A stretch of 64,000 nucleotides of DNA, from NCBI RefSeq assembly GCF_052425735.1, contig NC_135761.1, forward strand, positions 29,822,001-29,886,000, in the 5' to 3' direction. This DNA is from Oculina patagonica. Taxonomy: Eukaryota. The stretch's first letter is position 1, and each line of letters begins with the position of its first letter. The position numbers and the translations under genes are program-made. The notes beneath the pieces are model-generated. The model saw nothing but the letters and a program-made list of their open reading frames with translations. It searched no databases and had not been told where the DNA came from. Shown here one piece after another: positions 1 to 13,400 of this stretch.

Positions 1-1449
1 ACAAAGCATAACTGTGATGAAGTCTTAATTACTAAATTTATTTTAGTAATTCCGTTTTTACACTCCAAAAAAGATATCAAATGCTCAAGAAGTGTCTAGC
101 GGCCTTAAATTTACTCGTTGTATTTTCAACTCTCTTCTCATTGAAAAACGAGAAACGCTATTCAAAAAAGTTTGTATCTTATAACATACCACCTGTTGAG
201 GAGTAAAAAAACGAACGCGACTCACGATGTAAAGTCTATTGGTCCAACAAGATCTCCAATGAGCAACTACACAAGAATAAACGCCACTCGCTGTCTTGCG
301 GAGTCATTTAACGAGTTTTGAGTCTGAAAATCCAATAAACGTTCATCTTTCCTATCTTACACCACGATGAACAATAAACGCATCTTAAATGATATTGTCA
401 TGAATTAAAATTGCAGATACAAAACAACATGAGAGCTCTGAGGGATATTTGCAAAAGTTTAGGAGAAATCTGTCGTCGGGTTTTTAAAAATATGTTTATA
501 TCTCAAGAGATTTTACTCCGACTGAAAAACGAATGTCATTTTCTTTAAATTCGAACATTTTTCATTCAGGACGCAAAAATGCGAAGAAATCGGTGAACTA
601 TTACCTGTCAAAAGGCGCGACTCAAAAACCATTACGTAAATAAAAAGGTTTGGGCCACTTTAAAGATATAAAAATCTTTTAAAAGCATTAAAACTAATCC
701 TAAATAAAACTAAACTCTAAAAAATAAAATTTACAAATAAAAATGCTTATTTAACATACTTTTAAAAGTATTTAAGGACGGGGCACTTTTAATACAGAGC
801 GGGTAATGAGTGAAAACATATTGTTCCGTAAAGAAATAAGGTGATTGCTACACTAGAATTGAGAGAAAAAACTCACCGTACTCGTGTACGAGAAAACGAC
901 GATTTATCTGTCTCGCGAGCCAAGCCGTAAATAAAAAGCTCAAACTGTGCGCCCGCCAATTACGCGTATAATTATGCGCAGTTAGGATGCAATACTAATG
1001 AATGACCTTCCGAAGGCATCTGGTCCAGGAAAATGTGACATGCATAAAACTCAAGCGTTGACAGAGAAAGCGCTCAAACCAGCTTATAAAGGCGTCAAAC
1101 CCAAGAGGAAAGGAAAAGTTGAAACCCATTTATATTATTATATCATTATATCTCATATTATATTATTATATCTCTCAGATAGTACGCGCGCAGTGATTGG
1201 TTAATTTTGCGGGCCGTACGAGCCAACTGCAAACTGTTTTCTAAAGCCAATAAAAAAATCGCCGTCTGTTTGCTTTCGACGCGCTTCATTCAAATGTAGC
1301 TACTTGCCCCGCGAGTGACTTGAAATGTTTTCTTCTCTCCAGAGTGAGAGATATAATAAATATCTTATTAACCTCGTTTTTCCTGTCGATTTATGGCGCG
1401 CTAGCGAGCTTGGGCCATTAATCGACATGGCAAATTAAAACTGACTTAC

Positions 1450-4400
1450 CATCCTTCATTTTACCAGCAGCCATGTCAGTAATTTCTCTTTGTTTCGGCT
1501 TCCTTTGTCCCCGTGTCGCTCTAAAGAATAGGTGGAAAAAAATATAGCATTCTGTTTTAAATGAAAATTGTTTTCGCCATAATTAATAAACCATCTTTGT
1601 TTTGATCTCTCTTTGGATAAGTTCAGTGTTTCATTTTTAGAACAATAGGCTAGTGTTTAAGATTGTCTAAAAATGTTTAACTGGTGTTGTAAACAATTCC
1701 CACCGGAGCCCTTACTCTCAATCACCCCGGTTATAGTTAAGTTATGGGAACGAGGCGACTCCGAAGGTGAGAGAGAGCGAGAGCTCCAATACGGCAAGTA
1801 CAGAGGTCATCGCTGCGGGGAGGTGGGTGGGTCGCCAATGCTTCAGTCCTCCAGCACTTCACGAAAAGACAGAATACACGTGTACTGAGAAGCTATATAT
1901 ATACGTGTACATAGTCAGCGGCATGGCTTGCAGTTGCCAAAGTAACTGGGCACGTGGAATGGGAAATTAGGGTATTTGTTCGCGCGGGCCCCGGTGAGAA
2001 TAGTAAACAATTCCCACCGGAGCCCTTACTCTCAATCACCCCGGTTATAGTTAAGTTATGGGAACGAGGCGACTCCTACGGTACCCGCTCACGTAAGCCC
2101 CAAGCTAAGAACAGCCAACCTCGTTCCGATGCTCTCTTTCTTTTTGCCTTCTTTGTTAAGTGGGTGATTTCTCGGTACATTTTCTTAAACTTGAAAGAAA
2201 ACAAGAGTCTTCCTCCCAAAACTCAGAAAGCGTGTAAGCATTTACAATAACATAATAACGGCAAGACACTAGAAAAACATAGCAAAATATGTCACTAAAA
2301 CGAAACTAAAGGAAACAGCAACAAAAAAGCAAGCAAATGGGCATTTCTAACTGAGTGCTGGGGCCCGCCATGCGGGGTTTTCCCCCTACCAAACGCAATA
2401 TAAGCTACCAAAAGATTAAAGCTCGAAAAATACCGCAACCTCGAGATCAAAACCGAAGTGAGCTCCCCGGAGTCAACCAGGACCACGAAAATAGTATATA
2501 AACGGTGTCTAAAAGATAACATATAACGACTTGGAAGGGGAAAAACCAACCACACGGCGAGCCCGGAAATACCCCGTCTAGGACAGAGTGCAAGGTTTAA
2601 GATAACCCCTTTCGGGACAAGCCGACGCGGCGGTTAATCTCGCCTCCAGATACAACGATAAGAAGTGATCTTTTTGTATTTTTCCAGTTCATTTTTCCTC
2701 TTTTTTAGTTCTCTTTTCTTGTAACTCATCTTGAGTTGAGAACTTGAGTCTTTTTGTTGATCTCTTCATTTCTTTTCTACTTTTTTTTTTTTTTTTTTTT
2801 TTTACCTTCTCATTTCTTTTTCTTACTTCTTCTTTCTCTTATTTTTATCTCTTCATCTCTTTTCTTTTTTTTTTATTTTTTTTATTTTTTTCCTTTTCCT
2901 CTTTTCTTTTTCTTACTTCTTCTTTCTCGTATCTTTTTTATCTTTTCATCTCTTTTCTTTTTTCTTTTCTTCTCTCCTTTTCTTTTTCTGACTTCTTCTT
3001 TTTCTCATTTTTTTTAACTCTTCATCTCTTTTCTTTTTCCTTTTTTAACTTCTTCTTTTCCATCTCTTAATTTCCATTTTTTTTCTTTTTTGTACATTTC
3101 TCCCATGTTTAAGCTTCTCCTTATTCCTCCTCTTCCCGTTTTACGCTTTTTATTTTGTCTGTTCCCTAAATAATGTAATTAAACAATAACACAAGAAAAG
3201 ACAAACAATACCGACAGCTAACGAAGGGACAATAGGAAAGTAGAACAAAAGGTGAGATCGCAACGCAACCAAAAAGGTGTGACAAACTAGTTGAAGAGGT
3301 AAACAACAAGCAATGAAATATAAAATACGAGAAACCACGCCAGAAATAAACTAAATACTGAAATACCATGCAAAAATACCGATAAATAAAAATATGTAGA
3401 ACAAATACCAAAGAAAACACTAAGGGGGGATGAATGAAAACACGTGGCGTGAGACAACGCGACGAAAACTAAAGGCCATGAAACGAAATATAGGGAGAAA
3501 AAACCGAGTAATGAATAAAACCTAAAAAACAAACAAACAGACAATAAAACCAGATCGGATAAGTAGAACCCAGCTAAAAATACAGAAAACAGGTAAAGGG
3601 AAAAAAACGAAAAAGCGAGGGAAGGGCCGCGAATGAGACAAATACACCATAACTCGGGACGCGAAGGTAGCCGCTTCACAAACACCGCAAACAACACAAT
3701 GCAAAATAAGTAGAATAGGCTAAAACCGTATAACAAACTAAACCTGGTCGAGGAACGGAAGACTAACATGCGAGCGAAGACCCAGATAACAGACCTCGGA
3801 CTCTTCCCTGTAGGAATAGCTAGAGCGCTAGCGGGTGGTGTATTTGCAGTTGGCACGCTTGAAATAGAGAAGCAGCGGCGAAGTGAGGATAAACATGTTG
3901 AACGTATAAACGAGTCAGACGAGTAGTAGCCAAAACTCCAGGATAAGAGAACCAGGACTTGTGTAATGGGCAGACGGAGGGCGCAGCGATGACGCTAGAG
4001 TAAACGAGGAGCCGATGCAAAAGTACGCCAGCACTTCACGAAAAGACAGAATACACGTGTACTGAGAAGCTATATATATACGTGTACATAGTCAGCGGCA
4101 TGGCTTGCAGTTGCCAAAGTAACTGGGCACGTGGAATGGGAAATTAGGGTATTTGTTCGCGCGGGCCCCGGTGAGAATAGTTGCCGGGGATTCATCGACA
4201 ACTTTATAATGATCTGTAAAGCCCCGTTTCAACTAGCAACTTTAGCTTCGTTGTTTGTAATTTTAATTTCGAAGCGCAAGGGGTCTGTTGAAGTGACGGG
4301 AGGTAATTCAGAGATATTTTAACCTGAATTTCAGACCTCTTTCTCTGGTCACCTGCTCCCAAGAAGAGCAGATCTTCTCGGGAGCAGGCGACTAGAGAGA

Positions 4401-7400
4401 GACGTCTGAAATTCAGGCTAGCTTGTTATACGGTTTAGATATTTTGTGATGTGTTGTATTCAGACTGTTTTCGTCTAAAAACACTTGCGTAAGCCTAATA
4501 ATTCAAGAAAAGTGGTTGTTTTCGATTAAGACAGTTCGAAAAATCATAAAATACCAGGCATTGGAGTTCTGACATCGCAGTTCTAGCTTCGTTTTTTGGA
4601 AGAAGTCTCGACATCTCTAATGACGCCTATCAGCGTGGAAAATGTAAATCTCAAAAAAGAGGCATGTTTTCCTTGACGACTGAGGCATTTTCTTCCCTTA
4701 TAAATAGGGAAAATTTGCCCGACATACTGCACTTTTCAGGCTTTGAAAAAATGTCTGATTCTCTGGAGATATTTGTTTAAAGCTCTGGAGTTAAACTTTA
4801 GGGTTATGTCAGTACCAGAAACTGGTTCCTGTGTTTTATTCTTATATCATCAACTGTTTTGTCAATACTGGTCATGCATCAGAATTCTTTTTGTTTCTTA
4901 GAGATGTCGAGCATGGATGTTCTTTATCGTACTGGCGATAGAGCTGCTTGATAACCATTTGTGTCTTTTTAAACTCAATAGAATTGAATCAAGACTATCT
5001 TTATAGCTGCAGACGATATTACTGCTTTTAAAAGATGAAACTTCCCCTAGTAATGTATCTCGTCTTCTAAACGACTTCAATTAAAAGCCTACTCAGCCCT
5101 TCAAATGAACTCTTTTCAAATAAAGCATGTGGTTGTTGAATTAAATCACCGTTGCTCTACCGACAGAGGTTACGGGACCGGACAAGAGCAGGTCATCTCA
5201 ATTTCTTGGGTAGGTTAGAGCACGCTAAATATTAATTACCCAAGAGTTGATTTTCTACTTTCCAATTTCACGCTTGCTGCTCGTGTTCCTACAGCATTAC
5301 CAAACCTCCGCTCGCGTTTCTTTGACTCGATAGAAAACGGAAAATGTTTTCCATTCCTTACTTGCCCCCCCAAAAAATTGTCAAGAAAAAATCTGGTTTT
5401 GAAAGGGCTGAGGTATTTTTCATGTTAAAATTTATCGAGCGGGAGGTTATCTCCTCACCACTCTTAGGGATTTTCAAGTGCGTTGCGGTCACTTGAAATA
5501 TTTTTTCACAAGCACAACACCACAAGCTTCTTTTCGTTATCCACATACAAACATGATTGAATGATAGTTGTCAAGAAATTTGTTTAAACCATAAACGATA
5601 CGACCTAGTGGCTTTCGGGGAAATGTGTAAGCTATATATCTATTTGCATTCTGAGACCACGTGCATGCACTAAAGCGTTAAATGAGATCAACAATGAGCT
5701 GTGATCATTAAATATCACAAGGAAAAGATCTTCCCATCATTCCATAAGGTCGCATCGTTTGCAGTTTATTTTCTGACAAAGTTCCTTCATTCAGGTAGAA
5801 ATAAGTTTGCTTTGCCCTTTACCTTTCTTCAAGTACCAGAGGATAACACACCTCCCGAGCATCTTTGTTCTTTTTCAGAACTAGGTTAGTAAAAGAAAGG
5901 TTGTCCTTTAGCCTCTCGGAGAGAGCACGCGTACCATCAATACCAATGTAGTTCTCGCTCACATCCAGATAAGTCAAAGAAGTGTTGACTTTGAAGACCT
6001 CGGAAAGAGAACGCGCACCATCTTCACCAATGTAGTTCTTGCTTACATCCAGATTAGTCAAAGAAGGGTTGCCTTTTAGCCCCTCGGAGATAGAACGCGC
6101 CCCATCATCACCAATGTAGTTCTTGATCACATTCAGATTAGTCAAAATAGTGTTGACCTTTAAGACCTCGGAGAGAGAACGCGCACCATCATCACCAATG
6201 TAGTTCTTGCTCACATTAAGATTCGTCAAAGAAGGGTTGCCTTTTAACGCCTCGAAGAGAGAACGCGCACCCTCATCACCAATGTAGTTCTTGCTGACAT
6301 CCAAATTCGTCAAAGAAGGGTTGACTTTTAACGCCTCAAAGAGAGAACGCGCACCATCATCACCAATGTAGTTTTTGCTCACATCCAGATTTCTCAAAGA
6401 AGTGTTGACCTTTAGCGCCTCGGAGAGAGAACGCGCTCCACCATAACCAATGTCGTTCTTGCTGACACCGAGCTTAGTCAAAGAAGTGTTGACCTTTAAC
6501 GCCTCGGAGAGAGAACACGCACCACTACAACGAATGTCGTTCTTGCTGACATCCAGCTTAGTCAAAGAGGGGTTGACCTTTAACGCGTCGGTGAGAGAAC
6601 ACGCACCACCACAACCAATGTCGTTCTTGCTGACATCCAGCACAGTCAAAGAAATGTTGAACTTTAACGCCTCGGAGAGAGAACGCGCACCACCACAACG
6701 AATGTTGTTCTTGCTGACATCCAGCTTAGTCAAAGAAGTGTTGACCTTTAACGCCTCGGAGAGAGAACACGCACCACTACAACGAATGTCGTTCTTGCTG
6801 ACATCCAGCTTAGTCAAAGAGGGGTTGACCTTTAACACCTCGGAGAGAGAATGCGCACCACCATCACCAATGTCGTTGTTGCTGACATCCAGCTCAGTCA
6901 AAGTAGTGTTGATTTTTAATGACTCGGAGAGAGAACGCGCACCAGCATCACCAACGTTTTTGCCGCTCAAATCTAAATAGGTTAAGGTGGTATTGATCTT
7001 AAAAGCCTCGTAAAAAGAATAGGCATCGACAGCGTCAATGTCCAAAGTTGGATTAAAAGCTGCAAGGGAAAAGAACAGTTATTGACAACTGTTTACCGTA
7101 TTTCCTTTTATAAGAGCCGGGGTGATCATTTTATTTTTCACCAAGAGAGGGCGGTTATTCGAGGAAAGGCAACTAATTGATCGGAAGGGGGGTTCATTCA
7201 AATATCGCTTATCTCATTTAATCATTACTACAACAAAATTCGAATCTGATTGGTTGTTTTAAAACACGCTCTATTTTTTTCACCAAATTGGAGCACGGGT
7301 AGCTTCAGTGTGTAATAACAGTGTCTACTGCATGCGCGCTCTTTATTTGGTTCTTTATTGAGACTGAACACTCCTTTAATAAAGATAAAATGTTCGTTAT

Positions 7401-10400
7401 GTCACGAGCATGGGACAAAGAAAAAACCTAAGTCCCCGATGGGAATCAAACCTATGGCCTCCCAGACACCGCTTAGGTGCTCTAATCAGTAAGCTACGAG
7501 AGACTTGTGGTGAGCTGGAACATTGATTAGGTTCATACGTGACAAACATTAAAAACTGCATACTGCTAGGATCAGCAAAGTCAAAAGCATCGGTCGTCAG
7601 ATTTTGTTGATCAGTCGTATAGTAATAGTCCGAATTGGACTCTACTTGGTCATAATACCAAATGGTTGTCTATTCTGAGTGCAATGCAATATAGAGGTGT
7701 CAAATAGTAAATGCGAGACTTTGCGCGACGGCGAGACTGATATCTTTTCTGTGAGCCCTAGACCTTTTTAGCCTTGCAAAAGAAATTCAGACTTCGAAAA
7801 GGCGCCAAAGAAAAATTCGAGACGACGATACCCCTGAAATTTGGCTAAAATTATGCGAGAAACGCATTTTTTGAATGACCATTCACCACCCCTCAATATT
7901 TTGGAACTTTATAAAATGATATTTTGGCGATATTTTGGGTACTTAAAAGAGTAGAGCAAAAGATGATTTTGGTATCGACAATAATGGCGGTAATGGTAAT
8001 TGATTTGTCCTTATGAACATTATCATTTAACAAAGAAATATCTTTACCATCCAAAATCAGTGTTTCACTTTGACTTTCTCTTCCTTCCGTTTGAGTCCAG
8101 GAATCCACAGGAAATTTGATCTGTGTATCCTCCGTGGGAGCAGTTGGAATCTGAGTTTGGTCGGTAGCCTGGGTCTCCATCTCTTTAGTCCAAATTTCTT
8201 TGGTAGATTGAGTCTGAGTTTCCTCTTTACGTAAGTTCGCACTTTCGTCAATGCCTTGGATGTGGATTTCTTCAGAAGATGGAATCTGAGTTTCTGCAAT
8301 AGTTTGGTTCTCTATGCCTTCAACAGTCAGTGTCCGAGTTTGCTGAAGAGAGGGAGTGAAAGTACTTCCTTCAGCCAGGGTCTCACATTCGTCAGCTGGT
8401 TGGATCTGGGTTTCCTCAGCAGATAGGATTGCAGTTTCCCGTGTAGTCAGGGTCTCGTTTCTGTCAGTAACCCGAGCCTGGGTTTCTGCTGAAGTTAGAG
8501 TCTCACTTTCGGCAGCAGCTTGGGTCTTAGTTTCCTCAATTGATGGCATCACAGTTTCCTGTGTAGTCAGGGTTTGACGTTTGTCAGTTTGCCGAGTCTG
8601 AGTTTCCTCAGGTGGTTGTATCTGCGTTTTCTCTGAGGCAAGGGTCCTACATTTGTCAGTATCCTGGGTCTGGGTTTCGGCAGAAGATTGTATCAAAGTA
8701 CCCTCAGTAGTCAGGATCGTAATTCCTTCAGAAGCGGTAGCCATGGTTGAGCCATCAGTGTTTTCTAACGAATTTGCAACAGGAAAGAGAGTGTTACTTT
8801 TACGTTGGATGAATCCAACTGTAAACAGCATTCTCTGCCTTTGAACTACTGTAATTTTCATTATTTTTTGATGGCCATTGAAAACAAAATAATTACACTG
8901 TTTTCCTCCTCATTGACCAGAAGGCCTGAAAAGTGAAACCTTTGATTATCTTTTTGAAATTGGCTTGATACCAGCTTAGTCATGCCTCAGGGCTCTCAAC
9001 TCAATGCAAGGGATTGAGTCATCGCAACCCGTTCGCTTCGAATGGACAAATTTTGTCAAAACAGACAAAACTTCGATGGTGCCGTTATCCTGCCTATCTG
9101 ATTAATGTTGTATTTAATTTTCCCCAGGAACAATTAATTTGCATTTTGTAACGCGGATTCACCAATTGTTCGATAAAATTTACTGTGGTCTCAGGTCAAC
9201 ATCACCAAAAGAGAATAAATATGAAGAGGGATATCATCAATTGTGTTTTAATATATTCGATGTTTTTATGATGATAAAGGCAAAGAGCCAGTTAGAAGGG
9301 GCGACACAAAGTGAAACAAGGAAACCGGTCGGCGTGACGGAAGTTTGTAAGGATGGCGTATCTGGGAAATTACTCTTTTCGTACTAGTTGCAAAACCATT
9401 TAAAATCGCGGTCTGTGTTTAGGCACAAAGTTTGTAGTTTCAAATTTAATGAAAATGGTGAAAGAAAAAAAAAAGAAACTAGGCCAACAACCCAAACGTG
9501 ATATTTAAATGTCACACCAAAGCAAAAATTGGATTCTGGGATTATCAGTTTGGTCAACTTCCAGTGATTGCTTCCGGGCTTCCGACTGCATTTTTTTGTC
9601 CTTTAAGCGACCAATTGAAAAAAGAAACAAACTTTTTTATTATCCCAGAGTTCGTCCCGGCGACGAAGAACCCAAGACTGAAGAGCCGATGGACTCTGGG
9701 TTTGCGATTGAAACCTTGTCCGCCGGATGGGACCTGCGCCGAAGGCTTTACTTCAAAACATATCATATCAAGGTAGTTTGGGGTAAAATAGAGTATAAAC
9801 ATATTAGTCTCATAACCATAAAAAATGTTATTTTCAGCTTACTTGGCTTGTTCAAGAGAAACTCTTTGCATGCCAAGTAATCTTCTTCTAGAATAGTTGT
9901 TGTTAAATCTACAGATTCCACCTGAAATTTCTTCTTTATATCATCTGTCACAAGGCGTTTCTCAGTTATTGCATCAAGCCGACCAGAGCGATAGTCTTCC
10001 CAAAGGCGTTCAAGACTTTCCAGATTGTGGCACTCCACTGCAATTCTTAAACTATTCTCGTTTCCTTCTCTTGGTGTTGAGTTATGGATTATTTTCAGAT
10101 GCCGAATGTACTGAGGTAATTCCTCAACATCAGTTGTTTTTTCCTCCAAAATGTCCCCAGACATCAGTTTTGGTCTTTCGTCCTTTTCTTCTTCTGCCCA
10201 ACATTCTCCTTGAGTGTTTGTTAGGTTGCGTCCGTCTACGAATTTTTCAATGAGTTAGGTACATGAAACAAAAGCAAAATACTGTTATAGGTTTGACTGT
10301 AGGATCTCAAATTAAAGTCATCGTGAATTATTATTAATAAAATCAAGGCCGGCCAAGTTTCACAGTTTCTCCCCTCATGGCTCGACATCTATTCGCATAC

Positions 10401-13400
10401 AAAAGGTGAACTGCGTTAACGAAACAGATTCTGAATTCAACGATATCTCATTGCTGGTTAATTTTTACCATTGTTTATATCTCTTTGTGGTGTGTTTGTA
10501 TTTCCTACCTTTGTAAGTGAATGGACATGGTCTTGCAATTGCCTCATTTCAGTTATGATTCGTCTGTAACGTTTTACTTTCTTTTCCCGATAATTTAAGT
10601 CCGTACTGCGCAATCTCGGCTGCAATGTTTATGTGAGCCCACACGAAGGGAATGTTTACAAGCAAAACTAAAAATTCCGCGACAAACTTACCTTTTTCTT
10701 CATTATTAGCTCATCGGAACTTCTTGAACGAAACGAACTGTAATGGCGGACTAAAAAACGTCATGTATGCTGTCACCGAAGTGTAACGTTTCAACGAATT
10801 CAAAACAACAAAAAAAAAAGTTCACTATTGTCTTTGTTTTACCCGATGAATGATTTGTTTCACGGTGTTTAAAAACTTTACAACGTACTTGCGATATGCA
10901 TCAAGGAGGCGCAGCCAAGTTGACGATTGAAAACAAAGCGAGTGGTCTTATTTTAAGGCAATGACGTCATACATCGCCTTATGTAGGCAGGCCATGTGGA
11001 GATATGTTACGATGTGATGCGCGATTTCTCTATGAATAAAACCGAAGAGCACTGGGTTCTCTTCTTCATTGCCTCTGCATGCTTTGCATGCCGTGTATTT
11101 TTACTAGACAACTCAAAGAATTGCTTCCGGCAATGCCCAAAATGTTGGTGTTTTTTAAGCCAAATCACCACGACTTGTTTTCCCTTTGAACAGAATGGCA
11201 GTGCGTACGCGATGGTGGCCTATTAGCGAAGTAAATAACAGCGAGTAACCAACAGATTTGCGGTTTTCAGAGTAACAGAACACGACAAGTATCTACTAAC
11301 TTGTTGCAAATACAATTTTAAAGACTCTCTATCTTTCTCCTTCCACTCATCTTTCAATTTTCCTTAAAAACTGAAGCATTAACAAGTCTGCAGTCAGTAT
11401 TTACCGGTATCGTTACGGATTTATTCGTGAACTGATTCGTTCTTATCCTTTACTAACTGTGAAAAGTTATCACTTACAATTTACCGCAAGCTGGACAGTC
11501 ATCGGCTCAGGTTTTTCGGTGGTCTGGGTCTGAGTTTCATCAGCAGCTTGAGACTGGTTTTGTGGCAACAATTCATCATCATTTACTGTTGAGTCGTAAT
11601 TTACTCCTAAATAAATATAGTTTGGGAGAAAACGTGTTATATGATGTTAGCAATTGCATTTGTCCAATAACCTCCTTTGTTTTCATACTGATTTTTTCGA
11701 ACGCATAACCAGTAATAGCAATGCGTTGAACTCAAATTATTTGTCGTTGACTTGGTTTTGGTTGTTAAACAAGCGCTTGTTGTTTTATGACTTAATGTGT
11801 CTAACATAATTTTAAAATTGAAGTTGCCTAACATTGAATTAATTGTGAGCTCTTAGTTGCTGATAACGTTTAAGAACTAAAATCATGATATCAAATATAT
11901 TCAGATAACCAGTACCCAAAGCTGTTGATTGACGACTCACTTGAAATATCCATTAGGAACAGTTTGCAAGCCAAGTAGTCTTCTTCCAAAATAATAGTTT
12001 TCAACATCACGGATTCCACATCAAACCTCGTCTTAATATCATCTGTTAAAAGACATTCCTCGGCAACTGCATTTAGGTTTCCAGAACGGTAGTCTTCCCA
12101 CAGGCGTTCAAGAATTTCCAAGGTGCTGCACTCGACTATTATCCGTAAACTCCCTTCGCTTGCCTCTCTTATTATTAAGTCGAGAACTCCTTTCAAATAG
12201 TAATGGAGGCAGAGAGGAATGTTCTCAGACGGAATTTGTGCTGCAGTTGTCTTAAGAAATTGTTTTGTCATCTCAGACATTATAATTCGCTTGGCTTCTT
12301 CTTGTTGCATTGGATCTCTGCTTTTCATCTTTTGAAATATAACGGTGTTTATTTTGATTTCCATGGGCACAGTACCTTAAAGAAAATCAAAGCATAAAAA
12401 TTTGCTCTGGTATTTATATACAGGAAGAAAATCCATTATTTGCACGAACCTAAAACTGCTTTAAATTCAACGAACATCTTCAGTTGTCAGTAAATTCTAC
12501 AAGTGACATTTAAATTTATGGTATGCTAATGTTACAGTGCTAATTGAAATAGTTAAGAAATAATAGAAACTGTCAAAATTTCGATAAACAAAAGAGCGCT
12601 TTAACGAAAAGTAACATGTGCAGTATGCATGTACCAGAAATTTTTAAGTTAACTAATTTATCGCATGAATAAAAATTAAATATTCTACATTTCCAGTTTC
12701 CTAATAAATTGGTCTTTAAAATGTCAAAGTATTCCTCAAATGCTGCAAGTGAGTAGAAGAGATGTTTATACGAACCATGTACTCTGAAGGTACTGTACCT
12801 GAAGAGTAGTCAGTCAAAACGTTTATTTCCTGCGTCGGTATTGTTCTTCCTGTCGAGCTCTGACAAGCTGCAGAAGCATCTGACAAAATAAAACATGACA
12901 GGTTACTTGTAAGTGTAAAAACATTTCCTTTCATCCGGCACCTGTGTCTGCACATGTATTCGTACCTCAAGTGTTTAAGACAAATGGAGGTTGGTACCCG
13001 GACCTTGGTCAGTCGAATAAACAAGGACCGAATAAACAAGGACCTAACGTGACTGGATCACAATTGTCTTTGGGTCAGTTCACGATTTTTAAGGTCCTGC
13101 GTACTCCACCGTTACAATAACTTCAATTAACAAAACTTGTCATACTGATATATATATTTTTTAAATCATACTATAATTGATTGTGTGGTGGTAAGACAAC
13201 TATTATGCAAGCAAACTTTCTGCACCAAGGTGTTCTGTTACGAGAGTTTTCCAATAGCCGAAAAACAGACGAGAGTACTTCAAGGTCTGTTATTTGAAAG
13301 GCTCTGGAAAGGTATTGCTCATAAGAAGACAAGAAGCGGTAAAAAGTAAAAATAGATGTAGTTAGTGGATAGCACTTCTATGAAACAAAAACAACTTCTA

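Noticed and set aside
2744-3070. Phe/Leu/Ser-rich ORFs that look like membrane proteins
   Set aside because: Translation of a polypyrimidine tract.
3287-3856. 189-aa hydrophobic ORF inside the SDR element
   Set aside because: Composition follows the T-rich strand; no gag, RT or recombinase motif recognised.
6450-6980. Repetitive plus-strand ORFs antisense to the LRR exons (also 40185-41018)
   Set aside because: Shadow frames created by stop-free 84-bp repeats; no independent coding signal.
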